A DNA stretch of 64,000 nucleotides from Vicinamibacterales bacterium (GCA_038320555.1 JBBQEJ010000006.1:223-64222), one strand, 5' to 3'. Shown: positions 51,790 through 60,830, numbered from the stretch's first letter. Notes: a model not told the origin generated them from the sequence alone. Numbers and translations are program-made.

Positions 51790-53847
51790 TCAGACGCCAT
51801 AGGTCTCCGCGTCCCAGGTCAGGCCGAGCTCAGAGGGGGGCGCCATGAATCCCAACAGCGCCGACGCGGCCACCACAGCAGGGCTCGCGAGGTACCCCTC
51901 ACCCCCGAATCCCATGCGGTTCTGCCAGTTGCGATTGAAGGAGGTAATGGCGCGCTGCCCGGAGCTGAGCGCGTCGGGCCCCTGGCCGAAGCAGGGACCA
52001 CACCACGACTGCCGGATCTGGCCGCCAACCGATCGGAAGACGTCCGCGATGGACTCGCCGCCCAGTCGCGGATCGGCGGCTTCGATTTGACGGCCGACGC
52101 CACCCGAGCCCGGGAAGATCGCGAACTCGCGCGCAACCTTCTTTACCCCGTGCGCCCGTGCCGCGCGGAGCACGAGCGCCGCCTGCAGCAGATCGTCGTA
52201 GCTGCCGTTCGTGCAGGAACCAATCATCGCCTTGTCGAATGAGATGTGCTCGCGCGCGATGTCCTCCGCAGGGAAGGCATTGCCCGGGCTGAAGGGTTTC
52301 GCGATCATCGGACGCACGTCGGCGAGATCGACGGTTTCGTCGATCGCGTACACCGCGTTCGAGCCCGCGACCACGCGAGGGTACGGCAGATCCCTGATGC
52401 CTTTGCGCTCATACCACTCGTCGGTGACATCGTCTGCCGAGAAGATGCCGTTGAGCGCCTCGGCTTCCGCCATCATGTTTGCGATCGTGTTGCGATAGGC
52501 AATCGGCAGCTGCCGGTCCGCGTCAACGAGCTCGACCGACATGCCCTGCGACTGTCCGGCCCCCCAGCGCCGCAGCAGTTCGAGGACGATATCCTTGCCG
52601 CCGACCCAGGGTTGCAGCGCTCCCCTGAACACGACGCGCCGCGCCGCCGCCAGCGTGAAGTAGATGTAACCGGTCGACCAGCCGAAACCCAGTGTCGTCG
52701 AGCCGACGCCGATACCGACCGCCCCGTATGCGCCGTAGGCGCGGCTGTGCGAGTCGGCGCCCGGGATGAACTGTCCCGGCGTCACGAGGCCCTGCTCCGG
52801 AAAATAAAAGTGAAAGATGCCGTCGCCCGGCGTCGCGTAATACGGTTTCTGAATGCCGTGCACCCGCGCGAACTCGCGTCCGATACTCGTCTGCTTGTCG
52901 TCGGCCTCGACACCGGTAAAGACGAAGTGATCGTTGGCAATCGCCGCCTGACGGGGATCGATGGTGTGGCCGCCGGTGATCTGGTTGAAAGTATGGATGG
53001 CAAACGGCGCCGTGCCGTCGGACGCGGGCAGCAGATCCGCGTACACGCGAAGTGTCGTCCCCGGTTTCAGCTCCCGCGGCTTCAGGCTCTTGTCGACACG
53101 GTGCGCCCAGATGATCTGCTCGGTGGTCGTCATTCCCCGCGCGGCATCCTCGTCGGGCCAGTCCACCGACGGCCTCGTAAAGACCGATGCCCTGAATTCC
53201 CGGCGGCCCACCGCGAAAATGCCGCCGCCGCGGCGGATCTCTTCTTCCTTCGGCGACAGCGGGACAGGCTCGTACGTCTTCGCCTTCGTCACGTTCGTCA
53301 ATTGCCGCGTCACCGGATCGAAGCTGAACGCGTCTCCGTCCTGTGCGTCGGCGACTGCCTCCGGGCTCTGCACGACGTGCAACCCGAGATTGAAGCTGTT
53401 CCTCCGGAAGATGTCCCCCATGTTGTTGCCGCAGACGATCACCATTTCGAGGCCGGCTTCTTCGGCGACCCCCTTCAGGCCAGCGGGACTCATTTCGCGC
53501 GACGACCCGATGGCGAAGCGATCGCCGGCAATGATGAAGGTCTCGCCACGATGCACCCGCGCGCGGAAATCAGGCATCAAGTGACGAAAGGAGCCGGCCT
53601 TCCATTTCTCGTCGAGGGTCTCGAGACTCTCCGACACACAGTCGGCAGCCGGAGTAATTTGATCCGTGTCGATCGCGTTCAGCTTCCTGGCGAACTTCGT
53701 TCCGGGCAGACTCATAGGATCCCAGAACACGAGCGCCTTCCCGTGAATGACCGTGGAGTGCTGCCCGCCGGCGGTGTCGCGCGCGAGATCCGGGATCGAC
53801 TCCGGCGTCACGCCGGGCTTCAAGTGGGCAGAGTCGATCGTGTGCAT
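51790..53847 (-). CDS. Aconitase-family hydro-lyase with an N-terminal swivel (LeuD-like) domain
   Basis: ORF 51790..54102, with ATG 53847 (MHTIDSAH...). The swivel domain has NAIDTDQITP and IIAGDRFAIGSSREMS. The catalytic domains have IGSCTNGSYDDL and WCGPCFGQG Fe-S ligands. Confidence 0.85.
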   Translation of the reverse strand: MHTIDSAHLKPGVTPESIPDLARDTAGGQHSTVIHGKALVFWDPMSLPGTKFARKLNAIDTDQITPAADCVSESLETLDEKWKAGSFRHLMPDFRARVHRGETFIIAGDRFAIGSSREMSPAGLKGVAEEAGLEMVIVCGNNMGDIFRRNSFNLGLHVVQSPEAVADAQDGDAFSFDPVTRQLTNVTKAKTYEPVPLSPKEEEIRRGGGIFAVGRREFRASVFTRPSVDWPDEDAARGMTTTEQIIWAHRVDKSLKPRELKPGTTLRVYADLLPASDGTAPFAIHTFNQITGGHTIDPRQAAIANDHFVFTGVEADDKQTSIGREFARVHGIQKPYYATPGDGIFHFYFPEQGLVTPGQFIPGADSHSRAYGAYGAVGIGVGSTTLGFGWSTGYIYFTLAAARRVVFRGALQPWVGGKDIVLELLRRWGAGQSQGMSVELVDADRQLPIAYRNTIANMMAEAEALNGIFSADDVTDEWYERKGIRDLPYPRVVAGSNAVYAIDETVDLADVRPMIAKPFSPGNAFPAEDIAREHISFDKAMIGSCTNGSYDDLLQAALVLRAARAHGVKKVAREFAIFPGSGGVGRQIEAADPRLGGESIADVFRSVGGQIRQSWCGPCFGQGPDALSSGQRAITSFNRNWQNRMGFGGEGYLASPAVVAASALLGFMAPPSELGLTWDAETYGV

Positions 53848-53923
53848 ACGAGTCTCAATGCTAGCACCGAGCGTTGATGGCGGCCCTAACGTGCTGCGTT
53901 GCGAGAGGCAGTTGAGGCGCCCT

Positions 53924-54136
53924 TCAGGGCCGCTGCGCATCCTCTCGGCAATAACCTGCGCACTCGAGCACGGGAAGCGGAGGGTATTTCGGAAAGCGCG
54001 GATCGCTGAAGGACAGACGGCACAGGACGAACTCTGAGCCGCGCGCGCTCCGGACAATTTGCGCGTGTGCGCAACTGGCGCACAAGCCTGCTCGGCCGTC
54101 AACGACTTGCCGGGACCAGCGCGGATCGTTCATCAT
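53924..54136 (-). CDS. Small Cys-rich hypothetical protein
   Basis: 70 aa with CASCAH...LCRLSFSDPRFPKYPPLPVLECAGY. The sequence is ordered and non-shadow-like, and it lies in an otherwise empty spacer. Confidence 0.4.
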   Translation of the reverse strand: MMNDPRWSRQVVDGRAGLCASCAHAQIVRSARGSEFVLCRLSFSDPRFPKYPPLPVLECAGYCREDAQRP

Positions 54137-54142
54137 GCTGAC

Positions 54143-54532
54143 ATGTTCATTTCGGAAGCGCTGACTCGTGGCGTGCGCGTCAAGGTCCAGTCTGAGTATT
54201 CACCCGACAAATCCGCACCGTCGAAAAACCAGTGGTTCTTTCTCTATACCGTGACCATCGCGAACGAAGGGAGCGACACCGTTCAACTGCTGACACGGCA
54301 CTGGCTCATCACCGACGGTACCGGCCACATCGAAGAAGTTCGTGGTCCGGGAGTCGTCGGAAAGCAACCGACGCTCAAGCCTGGCGATTCGTTCGAGTAC
54401 ACGTCCGGCTGTCCGCTGCCGACTCCCTTCGGCGTCATGGAAGGCACCTACCAGATGGTGACGCAGAACGGTGAGCGGTTCGACGCGAAGATCGCCCCCT
54501 TCACCCTCAGTGAACCATATACAGTCCACTAG
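54143..54532 (+). CDS. apaG: ApaG protein
   Basis: It begins MFISEALTRGVRVKVQSEY...FFLYTVTIANEGSDTVQLLTRHWLITDG...EVRGPGVVGKQP. Confidence 0.93.
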   Translation: MFISEALTRGVRVKVQSEYSPDKSAPSKNQWFFLYTVTIANEGSDTVQLLTRHWLITDGTGHIEEVRGPGVVGKQPTLKPGDSFEYTSGCPLPTPFGVMEGTYQMVTQNGERFDAKIAPFTLSEPYTVH

Positions 54533-54752
54533 TCTCTCGCGAAGATCGCAGAGTATTTCGCGCGGCGGACGCTGAGCACGCCGAGAGGCGCGGCGGCGAC
54601 CGGATCGCCCGCCCTGCAGTCGCCCGCGCGGGCGACCCGGTCGCTCCCGCGTCCTTTTGCGCCCTCGGCGCTCTCCGCGCGAGACACTCCGCGATCTCGG
54701 CGCGACAGCCGGCCACCGGGTTGTGAAACCAGTTCTAGGCGGTCACACCAGG

Positions 54753-55343
54753 CTAAGGCCGGAACGCAACCTCGAGTGCGACCGCTTCCTCGAGCAGCTC
54801 CAGATAGGCCTTGCGAGGGATTTCGACCGCTCCGAACTGTTCGAGGTGTGGCGTGACCCATTGGATATCGAGCAGCCGAAAGCCGCGCGCGCCCAAATGT
54901 TCCACGAGCGCGGCCAGCGCGACCTTCGACGCATTCGTCCTGCTGTGAAACATCGACTCGCCGAAGAACGCGCCCCCGAGCGCCACGCCGTACAACCCTC
55001 CCACCAGCCGGCCGTCCTGCCACGCTTCCACCGAGTGGGCGAACCCAAGCCGGTGCAACTCGACATAGCTGTCGATGATTTCGCGGTCGATCCAGGTGCC
55101 CGGATCGCCGTCGCGCCGATCGGTCTCCGCACATGCGCGGATGACGGCACCGAACGCGCGGTTCAGCTCGATCTGAAAGGTACCTGCGCGAATCACGCGT
55201 CCGAGACGGGGGGGCACGCGAAAGGTCTCGAGCGGGATGATTCCGCGCGGATCGGGTGAGTACCAGCGGATCTCGCCGTGGTCCACGGCCATCGGGAACC
55301 AACCGCTGGTGTACGCCGAGACCAGCAGCTCGGAATGGATCAT
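54753..55343 (-). CDS. aat: Leucyl/phenylalanyl-tRNA--protein transferase
   Basis: It has LLVSAYTSGWFPM, WYSPDPRGIIPL, GGLYGVALGGAFFGESMFH and LLDIQ. Confidence 0.93.
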   Translation of the reverse strand: MIHSELLVSAYTSGWFPMAVDHGEIRWYSPDPRGIIPLETFRVPPRLGRVIRAGTFQIELNRAFGAVIRACAETDRRDGDPGTWIDREIIDSYVELHRLGFAHSVEAWQDGRLVGGLYGVALGGAFFGESMFHSRTNASKVALAALVEHLGARGFRLLDIQWVTPHLEQFGAVEIPRKAYLELLEEAVALEVAFRP

Positions 55344-55354
55344 GGCCGCTGCGC

Positions 55355-55594
55355 CTACTCGGAGCGCAGCGCCGTGGCCGGATCGACGCGCATGGCTCGA
55401 AACGCGGGGGCGAGACAGCCGAGAAGTTCCGCCGCCAGCAGAATCGCCGGGGCAAGGACGAACGTCGCTGGATCTCTCGCGCCGACACCAAACAGGAGCG
55501 TCAACGCGTCCCTCAGGACCAGCGCGAGCACGCCGACGGCCGCGGACCAGGGCCGTCGTACAAGTCCGCGAAACGCATACCGGAAACTCTGCAT
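55355..55594 (-). pseudogene. 79-aa in-frame fusion of the N- and C-termini of an ADOP/FtsX permease (deletion remnant or mini-gene)
   Basis: MQSFRYAFRGLVRRPWSAAVGVLALVL (permease N-terminus/TM1) joins directly to RDALTLLFGVGARDPATFVLAPAILLAAELLGCLAPAFRAMRVDPATALRSE (the canonical permease C-terminus). Confidence 0.5.
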
Positions 55595-55658
55595 GCCGTT
55601 GGGAAACCGTCTTCTATTCTGTATGATGGCGTGGTCGTGGACAAAGGAGAAACCAGAC

Positions 55659-56060
55659 GTGCCAAAGGTGACGGTGGAAGGGTTCGGAACCGTTGAGGTT
55701 GAGAACGGCAAGCGGCTCGTGCTCGCGATTGAGCAGGATGCGAAGGTCGATGTTCTGCACGCGTGCGGCGGGAACGCACGCTGCACCACCTGCCGGGTCG
55801 AGTTCATCGAAGGCGAACCGTCCCGGATGACGGTAGCGGAACGTCAGGTGCTTGCCGCAAAGGGTGTCAGCCACGTGCGCCTGTCATGCCAGATCGTGTG
55901 CGATCACGACATGAGCGTGCGCGCGATCAGCCGTCTTGAAGGCAGCGGCCGTCCCGATCCCGGGCCAACACCGGCAACCGACATTACCCCGCCGCCAGAA
56001 TGGACTGTTGTCAGCGGCGCGCGTAGCGTTGCCGAATCGTCGGCACGAGATATTCCTTGA
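55659..56060 (+). CDS. 2Fe-2S ferredoxin
   Basis: GTG 55659 is preceded by AAGGAGAA (ATG 55623 is the alternative). It has PKVTVEGFGTVEV...CGGNARCTTCRV...LSCQ. Confidence 0.8.
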   Translation: MPKVTVEGFGTVEVENGKRLVLAIEQDAKVDVLHACGGNARCTTCRVEFIEGEPSRMTVAERQVLAAKGVSHVRLSCQIVCDHDMSVRAISRLEGSGRPDPGPTPATDITPPPEWTVVSGARSVAESSARDIP

Positions 56061-57033
56061 GGGCGTGCTCGAAGTCGTAACGCGGCGCGAATCCCCAATC
56101 GTGTCGCGCGGTCGAGTCGTCCACGTCGGCCGGCCATGAATCGAGGATCCCCTGCCGCTTCTGATCGACATCCCAGTCGATTCGCGCCGAGGCAAACGCC
56201 TGGAGAACGACTTCGCGGATCTCTTCCGCGGATGGATTGAAGGCGGCGACGTTGTACGTCGTCCTCGTGAGCCGCTCGCGGGGAGCTGACGCGAATGTCA
56301 TCAACGCATCGATGCCATCCGGCATCGCCATGAACGGAATGCGCGTATCCGGCCGGACGAAGCAGGCATAAGGTTCCCCCTTCGCCGCCGAGTGAATCAT
56401 TTCCGGCGCGTAATCAGACGTCCCGCCCGACGGCACGGTCAACCCGGAGATCAGTCCCGGAAACCTCACGCAGCGGAAATCCACCCGGCCGCTCAACGAT
56501 TCCGCGGCGAGCTGCTTGTAGTGACGGGCATAGTAGGTTCCAAGCTGCTCGCAGTACAGCTTGTTGCACCCGTACATCGTCGTCGGGTGCGGCCATTCGT
56601 CCTCACGGACCTTACCGGCGGCCATTTTGGTCGCCCGATCGGGCAAGCCGTACGCGGCAATCGACGACGGATACATGAAGACGACCGGGCGGCCGTGGGA
56701 TTCCGCCTCGTGCTGCGCGAACTCGAGCAGGTTCAGCGTGCCCTCGACGTTGACCTGGTGCGCGGTCATCGGCGTGAATTCGGACCGCGTAGAGAGCAGC
56801 GCGGCCAGGTGAAAGACCAGCTCAACACGGAATTCCGACAGTACCCGTTCGAGGAGTCCGCGATCCAGGATCGAGCCCGTGATCTCGTGGTCCACCTTAT
56901 CGGCAATGGTGGCATCGAGCCGGCTGACGTCGAGGGTGACGACTGCACGGTCGCCGCGCTCGGACAGCCGCGCGATCAGCCCGTGGCCAATCTCGCCGCC
57001 GGCGCCGGTGATGAGCACGACGGGTTTGCGCAC
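56011..57033 (-). CDS. NAD-dependent epimerase/dehydratase-family SDR (L-threonine 3-dehydrogenase-like)
   Basis: It has ITGAGGEIG and YGCNK (YxxxK). It has a GTG start. Confidence 0.8.
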   Translation of the reverse strand: MRKPVVLITGAGGEIGHGLIARLSERGDRAVVTLDVSRLDATIADKVDHEITGSILDRGLLERVLSEFRVELVFHLAALLSTRSEFTPMTAHQVNVEGTLNLLEFAQHEAESHGRPVVFMYPSSIAAYGLPDRATKMAAGKVREDEWPHPTTMYGCNKLYCEQLGTYYARHYKQLAAESLSGRVDFRCVRFPGLISGLTVPSGGTSDYAPEMIHSAAKGEPYACFVRPDTRIPFMAMPDGIDALMTFASAPRERLTRTTYNVAAFNPSAEEIREVVLQAFASARIDWDVDQKRQGILDSWPADVDDSTARHDWGFAPRYDFEHALKEYLVPTIRQRYARR

Positions 57034-57088
57034 GCGAATTATTATAGAGGTGCTTCCTCCTGAAGGCGGAACTTACAGGAATATAGAG

Positions 57089-58519
57089 ATGCAAAGAGTT
57101 GCTCTAGCGATTGGCGCATTACTAATCCAGAGTCCCACGCCGCTGCCGTCGGGGTCGTCATTCGATCGCGCATTCACCACGGACACGATGCGCGTGGATT
57201 ATTTTCACACCGGCGGGCCAAAGGCCGGCGAGACCATCTCGCTCGATCGCGTGGTGAACGATGGACCATGGGCCGGGAGCCGCACTCAGCTCGTGGATCC
57301 GACCGATCTCGGAACCTACCGGTTCGAGGTGCGTGACAAGGCAACGGGAACGGTGCTGTACTCCCGCGGATTCGCGTCAGTGTACGGTGAATGGGAAACG
57401 ACGAGCGAACAGAAAGCCGCTCATCGAACGTTCCATGAATCTCTCCGCTTTCCATGGCCGAAGGGGCCGGTCGCGATCACCCTCTCGAAACGGCAGGCCG
57501 ATAACGGTTTGTCGTCCATCTGGACGACCGATGTTGATCCGCAATCACGCTTCGTGGATCGCGCGCGGCTCACCCGCCGCGCGGGGCTCGTCTGGCCCGT
57601 CTTTGTGAACGGTCCACCGGCTGACAAGGTCGACCTTCTCGTTATTGGAGAGGGTTACACGGCCGCCGAGATGGCGAAGTTCCATCGCGACGTGAAGCGG
57701 CTCCTCCCCGCGCTGTTCGCCGAAGAGCCGTTCAAGAGCCGCCGTTCGGATTTCAACGTTCGCGCGCTCGATCTGCCGTCCGCCGTGAGCGGGGTCAACA
57801 AGCCCAACGCCGGCCTGTTCCGGCGCACGCCGTTGTCGACCGAGTACAACATCTTCGATTCGGAGCGCTACGTGCTGACGCTCGACAACCGGGCCCTGCG
57901 TGACGCCGCGTCAGCCGCGCCGTACGAGTTCATCGAGATCCTCGTGAACGATCGCACGTACGGCGGGGGCGGCATTTTCAATGATCAGGCGACCGCCTCG
58001 GTGGACAGTGCGTTCTCGCCGTACGTGTTCGTCCACGAGTTCGGTCATCACTTCGCCGCGCTTGCCGACGAGTACTACACCTCCGACGTGGCGTACGAAA
58101 CGGGCCGCGGGGAGCGGCCGGAGCCCTGGGAGCCGAACGTGACGGCGCTCCATGATCCGGCCCGGTTGAAGTGGAAGGATCTGGTGACGCCCGGCACGCC
58201 GCTGCCCACTCCGTGGGACAAGGCCGAATTCGAAAAACACACCGCCACCATCCAGCAACGCCGGCGCGAGATCCGGGGCCGCAACGCCCCGGAAGCCGAG
58301 ATGGACGCATTGTTCCGCGAAGAACAGGCGTGGGACATGAAGTTCCTGTCGTCGATGACGTATTCAGGGCGCGTCGGCGCCTTTGAAGGCGCCGCCTACG
58401 AGGCACGCGGGCTCTACCGCCCGGAAACCGACTGCATCATGTTCACGCGGGATCCGGTGGGATTCTGCAGGGTCTGCCGCCGCGCCATCGAGCGCATCAT
58501 CGATCTGTATTCCAGGTAG
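57089..58519 (+). CDS. M64-family (IgA-peptidase-like) metallopeptidase
   Basis: ATG 57089 lies within ORF 56879..58519. It has HEFGHHFAALADEYY. Confidence 0.8.
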   Translation: MQRVALAIGALLIQSPTPLPSGSSFDRAFTTDTMRVDYFHTGGPKAGETISLDRVVNDGPWAGSRTQLVDPTDLGTYRFEVRDKATGTVLYSRGFASVYGEWETTSEQKAAHRTFHESLRFPWPKGPVAITLSKRQADNGLSSIWTTDVDPQSRFVDRARLTRRAGLVWPVFVNGPPADKVDLLVIGEGYTAAEMAKFHRDVKRLLPALFAEEPFKSRRSDFNVRALDLPSAVSGVNKPNAGLFRRTPLSTEYNIFDSERYVLTLDNRALRDAASAAPYEFIEILVNDRTYGGGGIFNDQATASVDSAFSPYVFVHEFGHHFAALADEYYTSDVAYETGRGERPEPWEPNVTALHDPARLKWKDLVTPGTPLPTPWDKAEFEKHTATIQQRRREIRGRNAPEAEMDALFREEQAWDMKFLSSMTYSGRVGAFEGAAYEARGLYRPETDCIMFTRDPVGFCRVCRRAIERIIDLYSR

Positions 58520-58552
58520 GCCGCACGATGTGGCAAAACCATCTCCAGGAGA

Positions 58553-59419
58553 TCAGCGGCGCAAGACAAACACCGTCAGCATCGACGCGAGGATTGCCAT
58601 GGCCGTCAGTACCAGACAGACCACGGCGCCGAAAATGTGATGCGAGCGAGGGCGCGTGAGCGGATCGAGCCACGCGCTGGCGAGGTAGCCGCCGAGAAAG
58701 CCCCCGGCGTGAGCGTAGTTGTCGATGCCGGGCATGATCAGGCCGAAGACGAACATGGAGAGAGCGTAGCTCGTCGCCTGCGACCGGAGGAGGCTCCCCC
58801 CGCCGTGTCGGCCGTAATGCACGAGCGCGCCGACCAGTCCGAAGATTGCGGCGGATGCTCCCAACGTGGTGTCGGCGCCGCCCAGTATCGGCACCCGCGG
58901 CATGAACTCGCCGGCGCACGAGCTCAGGAAAAATCCGCAGGCGGATGAAATCGTGTAGACGATCACCATACGCGGCCCGCCGTAGATCTCTTCGACGGCA
59001 GGGCCGAGTTGCCGCAGGACCATCATGTTGAAAAGGATGTGCAGCGCCCCGCCGTGCAGCCATCCGGCACTCAGAATCGTCCACCACATCCCGTTGACGA
59101 AGACCGGATACGCTCCGCTCGCCCCGAAGGCAAGCTGGACGACTGGATGTGCAGACAGCAGGCTGAAGATACCGCCGCCGCCCATAATGTTCCCGCCGAG
59201 CGCGACGGTCACGACCAGCCCGGCGAGATAGAGGGCCGAACAGCCGTAAACCACGAGCGGCACGAACCCGAAGTCGTTCCCCAACCGCCGCAGCAGCGGC
59301 GCAAATCCCCAGAGTCCCGGGTTCCGCCGGCCGCATGTGTAGCACTGTTCGTCGTTGACGCCGACCAGCGATCCGCACGAGGCGCAGACGACCGAACCGG
59401 TTTTCTGCCGCTTGAACAT
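58553..59419 (-). CDS. Rhomboid-family intramembrane serine protease with an N-terminal zinc ribbon
   Basis: It has CASCGSLV...CYTCG, GASAAIFGLVGA (catalytic Ser) and HAGGFLGG (catalytic His). Confidence 0.85.
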   Translation of the reverse strand: MFKRQKTGSVVCASCGSLVGVNDEQCYTCGRRNPGLWGFAPLLRRLGNDFGFVPLVVYGCSALYLAGLVVTVALGGNIMGGGGIFSLLSAHPVVQLAFGASGAYPVFVNGMWWTILSAGWLHGGALHILFNMMVLRQLGPAVEEIYGGPRMVIVYTISSACGFFLSSCAGEFMPRVPILGGADTTLGASAAIFGLVGALVHYGRHGGGSLLRSQATSYALSMFVFGLIMPGIDNYAHAGGFLGGYLASAWLDPLTRPRSHHIFGAVVCLVLTAMAILASMLTVFVLRR

Positions 59420-59571
59420 TTACCGAAGCATGCCACAGAAGAACACGGAAGCCCATAGATGCCGGCGGCAGAGAAACAACGGAAGTACGCGACGGAAAGT
59501 ACGGAACTTTCCGTGGCCTGCTTGTGCGTGCGGTGAGTTTCCTTGCGGCCGGTTTCGTGTTCTGCTGTGGC

Positions 59572-60504
59572 GTGCGCGTTCTCGTCACCGGCGGCAGCGG
59601 GTATCTGGGCGGCGCGATCGTGAGGGCGCTGGCGGCGCGGGGACACGAACCGATCGTGTTTGCGCGACGGGCATCGGCGGCGGGACTTCCGGGCCGAGCC
59701 GTCGATGGTGACGTCCGCGACCGGGCGGCCGTCCGGCACGCGGCCGAAGGCGTCGAGGCGATCGTTCACACGGCGGCGCTGGTCAGCGTGTGGCACCGGC
59801 AACCCTCGATGTTCGATGACGTCAACGTCGGCGGACTCGAGGCCTCACTCGATGCCGTGCGCGCCCTCGGCATTCGCCGTATCCTGTACACGTCCTCGTT
59901 CCTGGCGCGCCCCCCGGCGGACAGCCCGGTCGCGCTTGCCGCCAACGACTATCAGCGGACCAAGGCGCGGGCCCGCATGGTGGCGCTTGCGGCGGTCGAG
60001 GCGGGCGTGCCGCTCGTGTCGCTCGTCCCCGGTGTCGTTTACGGTCCTGGCGAGGCGACGGAAGGGAACCTCATCGGCCGGATGATCCGGGATCATCTTG
60101 CCGGACGACTACCTGGGCTGATTGGGGCCGACCGCTGCTGGTCCTACGCTCATGTGAACGACGTGGCGGACGCCCACGTCAGCGCGCTGACGCCAAAGGT
60201 CCCGGCTGGGGAATATTTGCTCGGTGGGGACAATGTCCCACAGTTGCGCGTCTTCGAGGTCGTCCGGAACGAGACCGGCGCCGCGCTCCCCCGGCGCATT
60301 CCCTTCGCGGTGGCATCGGCGGTGGGTTGGGTGGAAGAAATGCGCGCCGGGTTAACCGGACGGCCCCCGGCGATCACGCGCGGCATCGTTGAGATTTTTC
60401 GCCACGATTGGTCGATGGACAGCGCACGCAGCGTGGACGCACTCAACTATCGCATCACGCCGCTCGAGACAGGACTCCGCGATTTGCTGTCGTCCATGTC
60501 TTGA
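59572..60504 (+). CDS. NAD-dependent epimerase/dehydratase-family SDR
   Basis: It has VRVLVTGGSGYLGGAIV and YQRTK. I prefer GTG 59572 over GTG 59524. Confidence 0.85.
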   Translation: MRVLVTGGSGYLGGAIVRALAARGHEPIVFARRASAAGLPGRAVDGDVRDRAAVRHAAEGVEAIVHTAALVSVWHRQPSMFDDVNVGGLEASLDAVRALGIRRILYTSSFLARPPADSPVALAANDYQRTKARARMVALAAVEAGVPLVSLVPGVVYGPGEATEGNLIGRMIRDHLAGRLPGLIGADRCWSYAHVNDVADAHVSALTPKVPAGEYLLGGDNVPQLRVFEVVRNETGAALPRRIPFAVASAVGWVEEMRAGLTGRPPAITRGIVEIFRHDWSMDSARSVDALNYRITPLETGLRDLLSSMS

Positions 60505-60611
60505 AGGCCCGCTTGCGGTGAAGGTTCGGCGCGGCAGGCGCCCCTGGAGGGAATCTTGCACACGACCGGCGCAACCCCGGGACAAACTTTGAAATTTGAA
60601 GAAGGTGGCAC

Positions 60612-60830
60612 ATGCTGATGTCCTGTCCTTTCTGCGGGACCGGGACCGATTTGCCTCACGAGACGCAGGAAGCCTGCATCGCCTCCCTTCATGTTGAAAT
60701 CTCCCGCATACGTCTGGTCGTAGAGCGCTTGCAGGGGCCCGCCTTCGCTGAAGCTTCGGCGAGGCAGCCGCTGGATGACATTTCGGGCGATGACCCGAAT
60801 CCGCGAGATCCCCGCGACGAGCGCAGCTAA
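60612..60830 (+). CDS. Possible small hypothetical protein with a CPFC motif
   Basis: 72 aa with moderate third-position GC and GAAGGTGG upstream. I recognise no family. Confidence 0.3.
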   Translation: MLMSCPFCGTGTDLPHETQEACIASLHVEISRIRLVVERLQGPAFAEASARQPLDDISGDDPNPRDPRDERS

